Positions 31,081 through 43,631 of a stretch of DNA of 64,000 nt are shown here, one piece after another. Where the stretch lies: assembly GCF_003018235.1 (NCBI RefSeq), contig NZ_CP027437.1; one strand, written 5' to 3'. The translations under genes were made by a program, and so were the position numbers. The DNA is from Escherichia coli. Lineage in GTDB: Bacteria; Pseudomonadota; Gammaproteobacteria; Enterobacterales; Enterobacteriaceae. The stretch's first letter is position 1. The number at the start of each line of letters is the position of its first letter. The notes beneath the pieces were generated by a model. The model searched no databases and had not been told where the DNA came from. It saw only the letters and a program-made list of their open reading frames with translations.

Positions 31081-31358
31081 TTTTTTGCTTTCCTTCTTTA
31101 TTTATAGGTTTTCACCGATGATGTCGCTGAAGGTTAACATATTCATCAGATTTATTAATTTGCTTTATGAATAACTTAAAGAACATTCAGACAATTTTAC
31201 CTGCTCTTTTAGTGTTAAATTCTGATGAGAGAGCAAACCAACAGAAATATTTCTGGTTAATTAATCGCTATATAAATATGTTTATAACCATTTGAAATGT
31301 GAGCAAAAGCCCGTTTTTGCCACGCTTCCCGCCACTCTTTTGATCCTGCTACAGGTTT

Positions 31359-31374
31359 TACCCCGATCGGGGTA
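31359..31374. promoter_or_regulatory. NarP/NarL 7-2-7 binding site of the napF promoter
   Basis: Perfect palindrome TACCCCG-AT-CGGGGTA (heptamer pair, consensus TACYYMT) about 115 bp upstream of the napF start. Confidence 0.55.
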
Positions 31375-31487
31375 TGCATCTTTGACACATCCTTTAATAT
31401 CTTAGCGGCTATAAAAATGGCTTATTAATTATGCGGTTTATTTGGTCGCTCTCAATTTTCAGAGCGCGTTAATGATGGAAGGTCAAT

Positions 31488-31982
31488 GTGAAGATTGATG
31501 CATCCCGTCGGGGCATACTCACTGGTCGCTGGCGCAAAGCCAGTAACGGTATCCGTCCGCCCTGGTCCGGTGATGAATCTCATTTTCTGACCCATTGCAC
31601 CCGCTGCGACGCCTGTATTAATGCTTGTGAAAACAACATTCTGCAACGCGGCGCGGGCGGCTATCCGAGCGTTAATTTCAAAAATAACGAGTGCAGCTTC
31701 TGTTACGCCTGCGCGCAGGCTTGCCCCGAATCGCTATTTTCTCCGCGCCACACCAGGGCCTGGGATTTGCTGTTCACCATCGGGGAGGCGTGCCTGGCGT
31801 ATCAAACAGTTGAATGCCGCCGCTGTCAGGATAGCTGTGAGCCAATGGCAATTATCTTTCGCCCGACGCTCTCCGGGATCTACCAGCCGCAACTTAATAG
31901 CCAACTTTGCAACGGATGTGGAGCATGTGCAGCCAGCTGTCCGGTATCAGCCATAACTGCGGAGTATCTCCATGCACACTAA
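31488..31982 (+). CDS. napF: ferredoxin-type protein NapF
   Basis: 164-aa ORF (GTG start) with multiple CxxCxxCxxxCP iron-sulfur motifs. Confidence 0.85.
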   Translation: MKIDASRRGILTGRWRKASNGIRPPWSGDESHFLTHCTRCDACINACENNILQRGAGGYPSVNFKNNECSFCYACAQACPESLFSPRHTRAWDLLFTIGEACLAYQTVECRRCQDSCEPMAIIFRPTLSGIYQPQLNSQLCNGCGACAASCPVSAITAEYLHAH

Positions 31983-32235
31983 CTGGCAAGTTTGCAGCCT
32001 GGTCGTGCAGGCCAAAAGCGAACGAATTTCAGACATCAGCACCCAACTGAACGCCTTTCCCGGCTGTGAAGTTGCTGTCAGCGACGCGCCGAGCGGTCAG
32101 TTGATTGTGGTGGTGGAAGCAGAAGACAGCGAAACGCTGATCCAAACCATTGAGTCAGTACGCAACGTAGAGGGCGTGCTGGCGGTGTCGCTGGTTTATC
32201 ACCAGCAGGAAGAGCAAGGTGAGGAAACACCATGA
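31972..32235 (+). CDS. napD: NapA chaperone NapD
   Basis: 87-aa ORF immediately upstream of napA, overlapping both neighbours. Confidence 0.85.
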   Translation: MHTNWQVCSLVVQAKSERISDISTQLNAFPGCEVAVSDAPSGQLIVVVEAEDSETLIQTIESVRNVEGVLAVSLVYHQQEEQGEETP

Positions 32236-34718
32236 AACTCAGTCGTCGTAGCTTTATGAAAGCTAACGCCGTTGCGGCCGCTGCGGCGGCTGCCGGTCTC
32301 AGCGTGCCGGGCGTTGCCCGCGCCGTTGTTGGTCAGCAGGAAGCCATCAAATGGGATAAAGCGCCGTGCCGTTTCTGCGGTACTGGTTGCGGCGTTCTGG
32401 TCGGAACGCAGCAGGGGCGTGTGGTGGCCTGTCAGGGCGACCCGGACGCACCGGTTAACCGTGGTCTGAACTGCATTAAGGGCTATTTCCTGCCCAAAAT
32501 CATGTACGGTAAAGACCGTTTGACGCAGCCGCTTCTGCGTATGAAAAACGGTAAATATGACAAAGAAGGCGAATTTACCCCAATCACCTGGGATCAAGCC
32601 TTCGATGTGATGGAAGAGAAATTCAAAACCGCCCTGAAAGAAAAAGGGCCGGAATCGATCGGTATGTTCGGTTCTGGTCAGTGGACTATCTGGGAAGGTT
32701 ATGCCGCGTCCAAGCTGTTTAAAGCGGGATTCCGTTCGAACAACATCGACCCGAACGCGCGTCACTGTATGGCGTCGGCGGTAGTTGGCTTTATGCGTAC
32801 CTTTGGTATGGATGAGCCGATGGGCTGCTATGACGACATCGAGCAGGCTGATGCGTTTGTGCTGTGGGGCGCGAACATGGCGGAAATGCACCCGATCCTC
32901 TGGTCGCGCATCACTAACCGTCGTCTCTCTAACCAGAACGTCACCGTGGCGGTGCTTTCTACCTACCAGCATCGTAGCTTCGAGCTGGCGGATAACGGCA
33001 TCATCTTTACGCCGCAATCAGACCTGGTGATCCTGAACTACATCGCCAACTATATCATTCAAAACAATGCGATAAATCAGGACTTCTTTAGCAAACACGT
33101 TAACCTGCGCAAAGGGGCGACGGACATCGGCTACGGTTTACGTCCGACCCATCCGCTGGAAAAAGCAGCGAAGAATCCAGGTTCTGACGCCTCCGAACCG
33201 ATGAGCTTTGAAGATTACAAAGCCTTCGTTGCTGAGTATACGCTGGAAAAAACCGCCGAAATGACCGGCGTGCCGAAAGACCAGTTAGAACAACTGGCGC
33301 AGCTGTATGCCGATCCGAACAAGAAAGTCATCTCCTACTGGACGATGGGCTTCAACCAGCATACCCGTGGTGTATGGGCCAACAACCTGGTCTACAACCT
33401 GCACCTGCTGACCGGCAAAATTTCCAAGCCGGGTTGCGGTCCGTTCTCCCTGACCGGGCAGCCTTCCGCGTGTGGTACTGCGCGTGAAGTGGGCACCTTT
33501 GCTCACCGTCTGCCTGCGGACATGGTGGTAACTAACGAGAAACATCGTGATATCTGCGAGAAGAAGTGGAATATCCCGAGCGGCACCATTCCGGCGAAAA
33601 TCGGTCTGCATGCGGTAGCACAAGACCGTGCGCTGAAAGACGGCAAGCTGAATGTTTACTGGACCATGTGTACCAACAACATGCAGGCCGGGCCGAACAT
33701 CAATGAAGAGCGTATGCCGGGCTGGCGCGATCCGCGCAACTTCATCATCGTCTCCGATCCGTATCCGACAGTCAGTGCGCTGGCAGCGGACTTGATTCTG
33801 CCGACCGCAATGTGGGTAGAGAAAGAGGGGGCTTACGGTAACGCCGAACGCCGTACTCAATTCTGGCGTCAGCAGGTAAAGGCACCGGGCGAAGCGAAAT
33901 CGGATCTCTGGCAGTTAGTCCAGTTCTCCCGCCGCTTCAAAACCGAAGAAGTATGGCCGGAAGATCTGCTGGCGAAGAAACCGGAACTGCGTGGCAAAAC
34001 GCTGTACGAAGTTCTGTATGCCACCCCGGAAGTGAGCAAATACCCTGTATCCGAACTGGCGGAAGATCAGCTGAACGATGAATCCCGCGAGCTGGGCTTC
34101 TATCTGCAAAAAGGGCTGTTCGAAGAGTACGCATGGTTTGGTCGCGGTCACGGTCACGATCTGGCACCGTTCGATGATTACCACAAAGCACGCGGTCTGC
34201 GCTGGCCGGTAGTGAACGGTAAAGAAACGCAGTGGCGTTACAGCGAAGGTAACGACCCATACGTGAAAGCGGGCGAAGGCTACAAGTTCTACGGTAAACC
34301 GGATGGCAAAGCGGTGATCTTCGCGCTGCCGTTCGAACCGGCGGCGGAGGCACCGGATGAAGAGTACGACCTGTGGCTCTCTACCGGACGCGTCCTGGAG
34401 CACTGGCATACCGGCAGTATGACTCGCCGTGTACCGGAACTGCACCGTGCCTTCCCGGAAGCGGTCCTGTTTATTCACCCGTTGGATGCGAAAGCGCGCG
34501 ATCTGCGCCGTGGCGACAAAGTGAAAGTGGTTTCTCGCCGTGGCGAAGTGATCTCGATTGTCGAAACGCGCGGTCGTAACCGTCCGCCGCAGGGCCTGGT
34601 GTACATGCCGTTCTTCGACGCCGCACAGCTGGTTAACAAACTGACGCTGGATGCGACCGATCCGCTCTCGAAAGAGACGGACTTCAAGAAGTGCGCGGTC
34701 AAACTGGAGAAGGTGTAA
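32232..34718 (+). CDS. napA: periplasmic nitrate reductase catalytic subunit NapA
   Basis: 828-aa ORF with twin-arginine signal ([19 protein letters not shown]) and 4Fe-4S Cys motif (CRFCGTGC). Confidence 0.95.
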   Translation: MKLSRRSFMKANAVAAAAAAAGLSVPGVARAVVGQQEAIKWDKAPCRFCGTGCGVLVGTQQGRVVACQGDPDAPVNRGLNCIKGYFLPKIMYGKDRLTQPLLRMKNGKYDKEGEFTPITWDQAFDVMEEKFKTALKEKGPESIGMFGSGQWTIWEGYAASKLFKAGFRSNNIDPNARHCMASAVVGFMRTFGMDEPMGCYDDIEQADAFVLWGANMAEMHPILWSRITNRRLSNQNVTVAVLSTYQHRSFELADNGIIFTPQSDLVILNYIANYIIQNNAINQDFFSKHVNLRKGATDIGYGLRPTHPLEKAAKNPGSDASEPMSFEDYKAFVAEYTLEKTAEMTGVPKDQLEQLAQLYADPNKKVISYWTMGFNQHTRGVWANNLVYNLHLLTGKISKPGCGPFSLTGQPSACGTAREVGTFAHRLPADMVVTNEKHRDICEKKWNIPSGTIPAKIGLHAVAQDRALKDGKLNVYWTMCTNNMQAGPNINEERMPGWRDPRNFIIVSDPYPTVSALAADLILPTAMWVEKEGAYGNAERRTQFWRQQVKAPGEAKSDLWQLVQFSRRFKTEEVWPEDLLAKKPELRGKTLYEVLYATPEVSKYPVSELAEDQLNDESRELGFYLQKGLFEEYAWFGRGHGHDLAPFDDYHKARGLRWPVVNGKETQWRYSEGNDPYVKAGEGYKFYGKPDGKAVIFALPFEPAAEAPDEEYDLWLSTGRVLEHWHTGSMTRRVPELHRAFPEAVLFIHPLDAKARDLRRGDKVKVVSRRGEVISIVETRGRNRPPQGLVYMPFFDAAQLVNKLTLDATDPLSKETDFKKCAVKLEKV

Positions 34719-34724
34719 GCCATT

Positions 34725-35420
34725 ATGTCCCGGTCAGCGAAACCTCAAAATGGTCGCCGCCGCTTTCTGCGCGATGTCGTTCGCACAGCTGGCGGGCTGG
34801 CTGCCGTGGGTGTGGCGCTGGGGTTACAACAGCAAACCGCACGCGCATCTGGCGTGCGGTTGCGCCCGCCCGGAGCCATAAACGAGAACGCCTTTGCCAG
34901 TGCCTGTGTGCGTTGCGGTCAGTGTGTTCAGGCTTGCCCTTATGACACCTTAAAACTGGCGACGCTGGCTTCTGGCCTGTCGGCGGGCACGCCATATTTT
35001 GTCGCACGGGATATTCCTTGCGAAATGTGTGAGGACATTCCGTGCGCCAAAGTGTGCCCGAGCGGTGCGCTGGATCGTGAGATCGAATCGATCGACGACG
35101 CGCGGATGGGGCTGGCGGTACTGGTGGACCAGGAAAACTGTCTCAACTTTCAGGGGCTGCGCTGCGATGTTTGTTATCGCGAATGCCCGAAAATTGATGA
35201 GGCAATCACCCTGGAGCTGGAGCGCAACACGCGTACCGGTAAGCACGCCCGCTTTCTGCCGACGGTTCACAGCGACGCCTGTACCGGCTGCGGTAAGTGC
35301 GAAAAAGTGTGCGTGCTGGAACAACCGGCAATCAAGGTGTTACCGCTGTCACTGGCGAAAGGGGAGTTAGGTCACCATTACCGCTTCGGCTGGCTGGAGG
35401 GGAACAATGGCAAATCGTAA
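34725..35420 (+). CDS. napG: ferredoxin-type protein NapG
   Basis: 231-aa ORF with Tat-like signal (RRRFLR) and four Cys clusters. Confidence 0.9.
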
Positions 35421-36270
35421 ACGTGACGCCGGGCGCGAGGCGCTGGAGAAAAAAGGCTGGTGGCGCAGCCACCGTTGGCTGGTGTTACGTCGCCTTTGTC
35501 AGTTCTTCGTGCTGGGGATGTTTTTGAGCGGTCCGTGGTTTGGTGTGTGGATCTTGCACGGCAACTACAGCAGTAGCCTGTTATTCGACACCGTTCCGCT
35601 GACCGATCCGCTGATGACGCTGCAAAGTCTTGCCAGCGGTCATCTGCCTGCCACGGTGGCGTTGACCGGTGCGGTAATTATCACCGTGCTCTACGCCCTG
35701 GCAGGAAAGCGATTATTTTGCAGCTGGGTCTGCCCGCTGAACCCGATTACCGACTTAGCGAACTGGTTACGCAGGCGCTTTGACCTCAATCAGTCTGCGA
35801 CGATCCCTCGCCACATTCGCTACGTGCTGTTGGTGGTCATTCTGCTGGGATCGGCCTTAACCGGCACACTCATCTGGGAATGGATCAACCCCGTTTCCCT
35901 GATGGGGCGCAGTCTGGTAATGGGATTCGGCAGCGGCGCGCTGCTTATTCTCGCGCTGTTTTTATTTGATCTACTGGTCGTTGAACACGGCTGGTGCGGG
36001 CACATTTGTCCGGTTGGCGCGCTGTATGGCGTGCTGGGTAGCAAAGGTGTCATTACCGTTGCGGCCACCGATCGGCAGAAATGTAACCGCTGTATGGATT
36101 GTTTTCATGTTTGCCCGGAACCGCATGTGCTACGTGCCCCGGTGCTGGATGAACAAAGCCCGGTGCAGGTCACCAGCCGCGATTGCATGACGTGCGGTCG
36201 CTGCGTGGATGTCTGTTCTGAGGATGTATTTACAATAACTACACGATGGAGTTCGGGAGCGAAATCATGA
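35407..36270 (+). CDS. napH: membrane ferredoxin-type protein NapH
   Basis: 287-aa ORF with TM helices and C-terminal Cys clusters. Confidence 0.9.
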
Positions 36271-36716
36271 AAAGCCATGACCTGAAGAAAGCGCTGTGTC
36301 AATGGACGGCGATGCTGGCCCTGGTGGTGAGCGGCGCGGTTTGGGCGGCTAATGGCGTCGATTTTAGCCAGTCGCCGGAAGTATCCGGGACGCAGGAAGG
36401 GGCCATTCGGATGCCAAAAGAGCAGGATCGGATGCCGCTGAACTATGTGAATCAGCCGCCAATGATCCCGCATAGCGTTGAAGGTTATCAGGTAACGACC
36501 AATACCAACCGCTGCTTGCAGTGCCACGGTGTCGAAAGCTATCGCACCACTGGCGCGCCGCGCATCAGTCCTACTCACTTTATGGACAGCGACGGCAAAG
36601 TGGGCGCGGAAGTGGCTCCACGTCGTTACTTCTGTCTGCAATGTCACGTGCCGCAGGCTGATACCGCGCCAATCGTGGGGAATACCTTTACCCCGTCAAA
36701 AGGTTACGGGAAATAA
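36267..36716 (+). CDS. napB: diheme cytochrome c NapB
   Basis: ORF 36246..36716; start placed at MKSHDLKK (149 aa); two CxxCH heme motifs (CLQCH). Confidence 0.85.
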   Translation: MKSHDLKKALCQWTAMLALVVSGAVWAANGVDFSQSPEVSGTQEGAIRMPKEQDRMPLNYVNQPPMIPHSVEGYQVTTNTNRCLQCHGVESYRTTGAPRISPTHFMDSDGKVGAEVAPRRYFCLQCHVPQADTAPIVGNTFTPSKGYGK

Positions 36717-36725
36717 GAGGTTATT

Positions 36726-37328
36726 ATGGGAAATTCTGACCGTAAGCCTGGTCTGATTAAGCGCCTGTGGAAATGGTGGCGTACCCCCAGCCATCTGGCG
36801 CTGGGGACGCTGCTGTTGATCGGCTTTGTTGGCGGCATCGTCTTCTGGGGCGGCTTTAACACCGGGATGGAAAAAGCCAATACCGAAGAGTTCTGCATTA
36901 GCTGCCACGAAATGCGTAACACGGTGTATCAGGAATACATGGATTCCGTGCACTACAACAACCGTAGCGGCGTCCGTGCGACCTGTCCGGATTGTCACGT
37001 TCCGCACGAGTTTGTGCCGAAGATGATACGCAAGCTCAAAGCAAGTAAAGAGCTGTATGGTAAAATTTTTGGCGTTATTGACACGCCGCAGAAATTTGAA
37101 GCTCATCGCCTGACGATGGCACAGAATGAGTGGCGGCGCATGAAGGACAATAACTCGCAGGAGTGCCGTAACTGTCACAACTTCGAGTATATGGATACAA
37201 CCGCCCAGAAATCGGTTGCCGCGAAGATGCATGACCAGGCGGTGAAAGATGGGCAAACCTGTATTGATTGCCATAAAGGGATAGCGCACAAGCTGCCCGA
37301 TATGCGCGAAGTCGAGCCAGGTTTTTAA
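36726..37328 (+). CDS. napC: tetraheme cytochrome c NapC
   Basis: 200-aa ORF with N-terminal membrane anchor and four CxxCH motifs (CISCH, CPDCH, CRNCH, CIDCH). Confidence 0.9.
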   Translation: MGNSDRKPGLIKRLWKWWRTPSHLALGTLLLIGFVGGIVFWGGFNTGMEKANTEEFCISCHEMRNTVYQEYMDSVHYNNRSGVRATCPDCHVPHEFVPKMIRKLKASKELYGKIFGVIDTPQKFEAHRLTMAQNEWRRMKDNNSQECRNCHNFEYMDTTAQKSVAAKMHDQAVKDGQTCIDCHKGIAHKLPDMREVEPGF

Positions 37329-37340
37329 CAGGGTTATTGC

Positions 37341-37964
37341 GTGGGTATGCTTGAAGCCAGAGAGTTACTTTGCGAGCGGGATGAACGAACCTTATTTAGT
37401 GGCTTGTCATTTACGCTGAACGCAGGAGAGTGGGTACAAATCACCGGTAGCAACGGCGCGGGGAAGACAACGCTTCTCCGTTTGCTGACGGGGTTGTCTC
37501 GCCCTGATGCGGGAGACGTTCTCTGGCAAGGGCAGCCCTTGCATCAGGTACGCGACAGCTACCATCAAAACCTGTTATGGATAGGCCATCAGCCGGGGAT
37601 CAAAACCCGGCTGACGGCGTTAGAAAATCTGCACTTTTATCATCGCGATGGCGATACCGCACAATGTCTGGAAGCCCTGGCGCAGGCCGGGCTTGCCGGA
37701 TTCGAAGATATTCCGGTAAATCAACTTTCTGCCGGGCAACAACGCCGCGTCGCTTTAGCGCGTCTGTGGTTGACCCGTGCCACGTTATGGATCCTCGACG
37801 AGCCTTTTACCGCGATTGACGTTAACGGCGTCGATCGTCTGACCCAGCGTATGGCGCAGCATACGGAGCAGAGGGGGATTGTGATTCTGACTACCCACCA
37901 GCCGCTCAACGTTGCTGAAAGTAAAATTCGCCGCATTTCACTGACGCAAACGAGGGCCGCATGA
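37341..37964 (+). CDS. ccmA: heme exporter ATP-binding protein CcmA
   Basis: 207-aa ORF with Walker A (GSNGAGKTT) and Walker B (ILDEP). Confidence 0.9.
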   Translation: MGMLEARELLCERDERTLFSGLSFTLNAGEWVQITGSNGAGKTTLLRLLTGLSRPDAGDVLWQGQPLHQVRDSYHQNLLWIGHQPGIKTRLTALENLHFYHRDGDTAQCLEALAQAGLAGFEDIPVNQLSAGQQRRVALARLWLTRATLWILDEPFTAIDVNGVDRLTQRMAQHTEQRGIVILTTHQPLNVAESKIRRISLTQTRAA

Positions 37965-38623
37965 TGTTCTGGCGCATTTTCCGTCTTGAGCTGCGCGTAG
38001 CGTTTCGCCATAGCGCCGAAATCGCCAACCCGCTGTGGTTCTTCCTGATTGTCATTACCCTTTTTCCGCTCAGTATCGGTCCGGAGCCGCAACTGCTGGC
38101 GCGTATTGCACCGGGCATTATCTGGGTTGCTGCGCTGCTTTCATCCTTGCTGGCGCTGGAACGACTGTTCCGTGACGATTTGCAGGACGGCAGTCTTGAA
38201 CAATTGATGTTGTTGCCGTTACCCTTGCCCGCCGTTGTGCTGGCGAAGGTGATGGCGCACTGGATGGTAACCGGTCTGCCGTTACTCATCCTTTCGCCAC
38301 TGGTAGCAATGCTACTGGGAATGGATGTTTATGGCTGGCAAGTGATGGCGCTGACGCTGCTGCTGGGAACGCCTACGCTTGGCTTTCTCGGTGCACCGGG
38401 CGTGGCGCTGACAGTGGGACTTAAGCGCGGTGGTGTGCTGCTCAGCATACTGGTGTTACCGCTGACTATCCCATTACTCATCTTTGCCACCGCCGCGATG
38501 GACGCGGCTTCCATGCATTTGCCCGTTGACGGGTATCTGGCAATTTTAGGCGCGTTGCTGGCAGGCACCGCGACATTAAGTCCTTTTGCGACGGCGGCAG
38601 CGTTACGAATCAGCATTCAATAA
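37961..38623 (+). CDS. ccmB: heme exporter permease CcmB
   Basis: 220-aa polytopic membrane ORF overlapping the ccmA stop. Confidence 0.9.
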
Positions 38624-38664
38624 CGCTGGATTACTGATTTTTGTTCGAGTCTGGTATCGAAACT

Positions 38665-39402
38665 ATGTGGAAAACACTGCATCAACTGGCGATCCCACCA
38701 CGGCTGTATCAAATCTGTGGCTGGTTTATACCGTGGCTGGCAATTGCCAGTGTGGTCGTGCTTACCGTCGGCTGGATCTGGGGATTCGGCTTTGCTCCGG
38801 CTGATTATCAACAGGGAAATAGCTATCGCATTATCTACCTGCATGTGCCTGCGGCGATCTGGTCGATGGGCATTTATGCATCAATGGCGGTGGCGGCGTT
38901 TATTGGCCTTGTCTGGCAGATGAAAATGGCCAACCTGGCGGTGGCGGCGATGGCCCCCATTGGTGCCGTGTTTACCTTTATTGCCCTGGTTACCGGCTCT
39001 GCATGGGGAAAACCGATGTGGGGCACCTGGTGGGTATGGGATGCACGTCTGACTTCTGAACTGGTGCTGCTGTTTTTGTATGTGGGTGTGATTGCCCTGT
39101 GGCACGCCTTCGACGACCGCCGTCTGGCGGGCCGTGCGGCAGGTATCCTGGTGCTGATTGGCGTGGTGAATCTGCCGATTATTCATTACTCCGTGGAGTG
39201 GTGGAACACCCTGCATCAGGGATCAACGCGGATGCAGCAAAGTATCGATCCGGCGATGCGTTCGCCGCTGCGCTGGTCGATTTTTGGCTTCCTGCTGCTG
39301 TCTGCCACGCTGACGCTGATGCGGATGCGTAATTTGATTTTGCTGATGGAAAAACGCCGTCCGTGGGTGAGTGAACTGATACTGAAAAGAGGCCGTAAAT
39401 GA
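38665..39402 (+). CDS. ccmC: heme exporter protein CcmC
   Basis: ORF 38641..39402; start placed at MWKTLHQLA (245 aa); conserved WGxxWxWD tryptophan-rich motif present. Confidence 0.85.
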   Translation: MWKTLHQLAIPPRLYQICGWFIPWLAIASVVVLTVGWIWGFGFAPADYQQGNSYRIIYLHVPAAIWSMGIYASMAVAAFIGLVWQMKMANLAVAAMAPIGAVFTFIALVTGSAWGKPMWGTWWVWDARLTSELVLLFLYVGVIALWHAFDDRRLAGRAAGILVLIGVVNLPIIHYSVEWWNTLHQGSTRMQQSIDPAMRSPLRWSIFGFLLLSATLTLMRMRNLILLMEKRRPWVSELILKRGRK

Positions 39403-39608
39403 CCCCTGCATTTGCTTCCTGGAATGAATTTTTCGCAATGGGCGGTTACGCCTTTTTTGTCTGGCTGGCGGTAGCGATGACCGTTATTCCGCTGGTGATT
39501 TTAGTCGTGCACTCGGTGATGCAGCATCGCGCAATTCTGCGTGGCGTGGCGCAACAGCGGGCGCGTGAGGCGCGTTTACGTGCTGCGCAACAGCAGGAGG
39601 CTGCATGA
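39399..39608 (+). CDS. ccmD: heme exporter protein CcmD
   Basis: 69-aa single-TM ORF between ccmC and ccmE. Confidence 0.85.
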
Positions 39609-40084
39609 ATATTCGCCGTAAAAACCGCTTGTGGATTGCCTGTGCCGTTTTGGCGGGGCTGGCGCTTACTATCGGTCTGGTGCTGTATGCGCTGCGCTCG
39701 AATATCGATCTCTTTTATACGCCGGGGGAAATTCTCTACGGCAAGCGTGAAACTCAGCAGATGCCGGAAGTCGGTCAGCGTCTGCGCGTTGGCGGGATGG
39801 TGATGCCGGGTAGCGTGCAGCGCGATCCCAATTCGCTGAAAGTGACCTTCACCATTTACGATGCTGAAGGCTCAGTGGATGTTTCTTACGAAGGCATTTT
39901 GCCGGATCTGTTCCGTGAAGGGCAGGGCGTTGTGGTGCAGGGCGAGCTGGAAAAAGGCAATCATATCCTCGCGAAAGAAGTGCTGGCGAAACATGATGAA
40001 AACTACACGCCGCCAGAAGTTGAGAAAGCGATGGAAGCTAACCACCGTCGCCCGGCGAGTGTTTATAAGGACCCAGCATCATGA
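39605..40084 (+). CDS. ccmE: cytochrome c-type biogenesis heme chaperone CcmE
   Basis: 159-aa ORF with N-terminal anchor and conserved LAKHDENY region. Confidence 0.9.
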
Positions 40085-42024
40085 TGCCAGAAATTGGTAA
40101 CGGGCTGCTGTGCCTGGCGTTAGGGATTGCGCTGCTGCTGTCCGTGTATCCGCTATGGGGCGTGGCGCGCGGAGATGCGCGCATGATGGCGTCTTCCCGC
40201 TTGTTTGCCTGGCTGCTGTTTATGTCTGTAGCTGGCGCATTTCTGGTGCTGGTCAATGCTTTCGTGGTCAACGACTTTACCGTCACCTATGTTGCCAGCA
40301 ACTCCAATACCCAGCTTCCGGTGTGGTATCGCGTGGCGGCTACCTGGGGCGCGCATGAAGGTTCGCTTCTGCTGTGGGTGCTGCTGATGAGCGGCTGGAC
40401 CTTTGCGGTGGCGATTTTTAGTCAGCGTATTCCGCTGGATATTGTGGCCCGCGTACTGGCGATAATGGGGATGGTCAGTGTCGGCTTTTTGCTGTTCATT
40501 CTATTTACCTCTAACCCATTCTCACGCACGCTTCCGAATTTCCCGATTGAAGGGCGCGATCTTAACCCGCTGTTGCAGGATCCGGGGCTGATCTTCCATC
40601 CGCCTCTGCTCTATATGGGGTACGTCGGTTTCTCGGTGGCGTTTGCTTTCGCCATTGCTTCTTTGTTGAGTGGGCGTCTGGACAGCACTTATGCGCGTTT
40701 TACTCGTCCGTGGACGCTGGCAGCGTGGATTTTCCTGACGCTCGGCATTGTGCTTGGTTCCGCATGGGCCTATTACGAACTCGGCTGGGGTGGCTGGTGG
40801 TTCTGGGATCCGGTAGAAAACGCCTCGTTTATGCCGTGGCTGGTGGGGACTGCGCTGATGCACTCACTGGCGGTCACTGAACAACGCGCCAGCTTCAAAG
40901 CGTGGACATTACTGCTGGCAATCAGTGCCTTCTCGTTGTGTCTGCTGGGGACTTTCCTGGTGCGTTCCGGCGTGCTGGTATCGGTACACGCGTTTGCCTC
41001 TGATCCGGCACGCGGTATGTTTATCCTCGCCTTTATGGTGCTGGTGATTGGCGGTTCGCTGCTGCTGTTTGCCGCGCGTGGACACAAAGTTCGTTCACGC
41101 GTAAACAATGCGCTGTGGTCGCGGGAATCTCTGCTGTTAGCGAACAACGTTTTGCTGGTCGCCGCGATGCTGGTGGTGTTGCTGGGGACGCTGCTGCCGC
41201 TGGTGCACAAGCAACTGGGACTGGGCAGTATTTCGATTGGCGAACCGTTCTTCAACACCATGTTTACCTGGCTGATGGTGCCGTTTGCGCTACTGCTGGG
41301 TGTCGGTCCTCTGGTGCGCTGGGGGCGCGATCGCCCACGTAAAATCCGCAATTTATTGATTATCGCCTTCATCTCAACGCTGGTGCTGTCGCTGCTGTTG
41401 CCGTGGCTGTTCGAAAGCAAAGTTGTGGCGATGACGGTGCTCGGCCTGGCAATGGCCTGCTGGATTGCGGTACTGGCAATTGCGGAAGCTGCGCTGCGTA
41501 TTTCACGCGGCACGAAAACCACCTTCAGTTATTGGGGGATGGTGGCGGCTCACCTGGGGCTGGCAGTGACAATTGTTGGTATTGCCTTTAGCCAGAACTA
41601 TAGCGTTGAGCGTGATGTGCGCATGAAGTCCGGCGATAGTGTCGATATTCATGAATATCGCTTCACCTTCCGTGATGTCAAAGAGGTGACTGGCCCGAAC
41701 TGGCGTGGCGGTGTGGCGACTATCGGCGTAACGCGCGATGGCAAGCCGGAAACGGTGCTGTATGCGGAAAAACGTTATTACAACACTGCCGGGTCGATGA
41801 TGACCGAAGCGGCGATTGACGGCGGCATCACGCGTGACCTGTACGCCGCGCTCGGTGAAGAGCTGGAAAACGGCGCGTGGGCTGTGCGTCTTTACTACAA
41901 ACCATTTGTTCGCTGGATTTGGGCGGGCGGGCTGATGATGGCGTTGGGCGGACTGCTGTGTCTGTTTGATCCTCGCTATCGTAAGCGCGTGACCCCGCAG
42001 AAAACTGCGCCGGAGGCTGTATGA
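40081..42024 (+). CDS. ccmF: cytochrome c-type biogenesis heme lyase subunit CcmF
   Basis: 647-aa polytopic ORF with tryptophan-rich WGGWWFWD motif. Confidence 0.9.
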
Positions 42025-42578
42025 AGCGCAAAGTATTGTTAATTCCGTTGATTATCTTCCTGGCGATTGCCGCGGCGCTACTGTGGCAGCTGGCGCGTAA
42101 TGCCGAAGGGGATGATCCGACCAATCTGGAATCGGCGCTCATTGGCAAGCCAGTGCCGAAGTTTCGCCTCGAATCACTGGACAATCCGGGGCAGTTTTAT
42201 CAGGCGGATGTGCTGACTCAGGGCAAACCAGTGCTGCTTAACGTCTGGGCGACCTGGTGTCCGACCTGCCGTGCGGAACATCAATATCTGAATCAGCTTT
42301 CTGCGCAGGGCATCCGCGTGGTCGGCATGAACTATAAAGACGATCGCCAGAAGGCAATCAGCTGGCTGAAAGAGCTGGGCAATCCTTACGCACTAAGCCT
42401 GTTTGATGGCGACGGCATGTTAGGGCTGGATCTCGGTGTCTATGGCGCGCCAGAAACGTTCCTTATTGACGGCAACGGCATCATTCGCTATCGCCATGCG
42501 GGCGATCTCAATCCTCGCGTCTGGGAAGAAGAGATCAAGCCGCTGTGGGAGAAATACAGTAAGGAGGCCGCACAATGA
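42021..42578 (+). CDS. ccmG: thiol:disulfide interchange protein CcmG (DsbE)
   Basis: 185-aa ORF with thioredoxin active site WCPTC. Confidence 0.9.
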   Translation: MKRKVLLIPLIIFLAIAAALLWQLARNAEGDDPTNLESALIGKPVPKFRLESLDNPGQFYQADVLTQGKPVLLNVWATWCPTCRAEHQYLNQLSAQGIRVVGMNYKDDRQKAISWLKELGNPYALSLFDGDGMLGLDLGVYGAPETFLIDGNGIIRYRHAGDLNPRVWEEEIKPLWEKYSKEAAQ

Positions 42579-43627
42579 GGTTTTTATTGGGCGTGCTGAT
42601 GCTGATGATCTCCGGCTCAGCGCTGGCGACCATCGACGTGTTGCAGTTTAAGGATGAAGCGCAGGAGCAGCAGTTCCGGCAACTCACTGAAGAACTACGC
42701 TGCCCGAAATGCCAGAACAACAGCATTGCCGATTCCAACTCGATGATTGCCACCGACCTGCGCCAGAAAGTGTATGAACTGATGCAGGAAGGTAAAAGTA
42801 AAAAAGAGATTGTCGATTATATGGTGGCGCGTTACGGCAACTTCGTCACTTACGATCCGCCGTTAACGCCGCTGACCATGCTGCTGTGGGTGCTTCCGGT
42901 AGTGGCTATTGGCATTGGCGGTTGGGTCATATACGCCCGCTCGCGGCGTCGGGTACGCGTGGTGCCGGAAGCGTTTCCTGAACAAAGCGTGCCGGAAGGT
43001 AAGCGTGCCGGATATGTTGTTTATCTGCCGGGTATTGTGGTGGCGTTAATTGTGGCTGGCGTCAGCTACTACCAGACGGGCAATTATCAGCAGGTGAAAA
43101 TCTGGCAGCAGGCCACGGCACAGGCTCCGGCGTTACTGGACAGGGCGCTGGATCCGAAAGCCGATCCGCTCAACGAAGAAGAGATGTCGCGCCTTGCGCT
43201 GGGGATGCGTACTCAACTGCAAAAAAATCCGGGAGATATAGAAGGCTGGATTATGTTGGGCCGCGTTGGCATGGCGCTGGGTAACGCCAGTATCGCCACC
43301 GATGCATACGCTACTGCGTATCGCCTCGATCCGAAGAACAGCGATGCTGCACTGGGATACGCTGAAGCGTTGACACGTTCATCTGATCCCAACGACAACC
43401 GCCTCGGCGGTGAACTGCTACGTCAGCTGGTGAGAACGGATCATAGTAATATTCGTGTGTTAAGCATGTACGCGTTTAATGCCTTTGAGCAGCAGCGATT
43501 TGGCGAAGCCGTTGCCGCGTGGGAGATGATGTTGAAACTCTTACCTGCCAACGATACTCGCCGTGCGGTGATTGAACGTAGTATCGCGCAGGCGATGCAA
43601 CATTTGTCGCCGCAGGAGAGTAAATAA
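42575..43627 (+). CDS. ccmH: cytochrome c-type biogenesis protein CcmH (fused CcmH/CcmI)
   Basis: 350-aa ORF with N-terminal LRCPKCQN motif and C-terminal TPR-like region. Confidence 0.9.
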   Translation: MRFLLGVLMLMISGSALATIDVLQFKDEAQEQQFRQLTEELRCPKCQNNSIADSNSMIATDLRQKVYELMQEGKSKKEIVDYMVARYGNFVTYDPPLTPLTMLLWVLPVVAIGIGGWVIYARSRRRVRVVPEAFPEQSVPEGKRAGYVVYLPGIVVALIVAGVSYYQTGNYQQVKIWQQATAQAPALLDRALDPKADPLNEEEMSRLALGMRTQLQKNPGDIEGWIMLGRVGMALGNASIATDAYATAYRLDPKNSDAALGYAEALTRSSDPNDNRLGGELLRQLVRTDHSNIRVLSMYAFNAFEQQRFGEAVAAWEMMLKLLPANDTRRAVIERSIAQAMQHLSPQESK

Positions 43628-43631
43628 TAAG

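Noticed and set aside
33285-34478. Several ORFs of 130-190 aa antisense within napA, with similar ones inside ccmF (40773..41522) and napB/napC (36105..37289)
   Set aside because: They lie inside well-supported genes on the opposite strand and give Arg/His-rich, low-complexity translations; GC-rich antisense artefacts.
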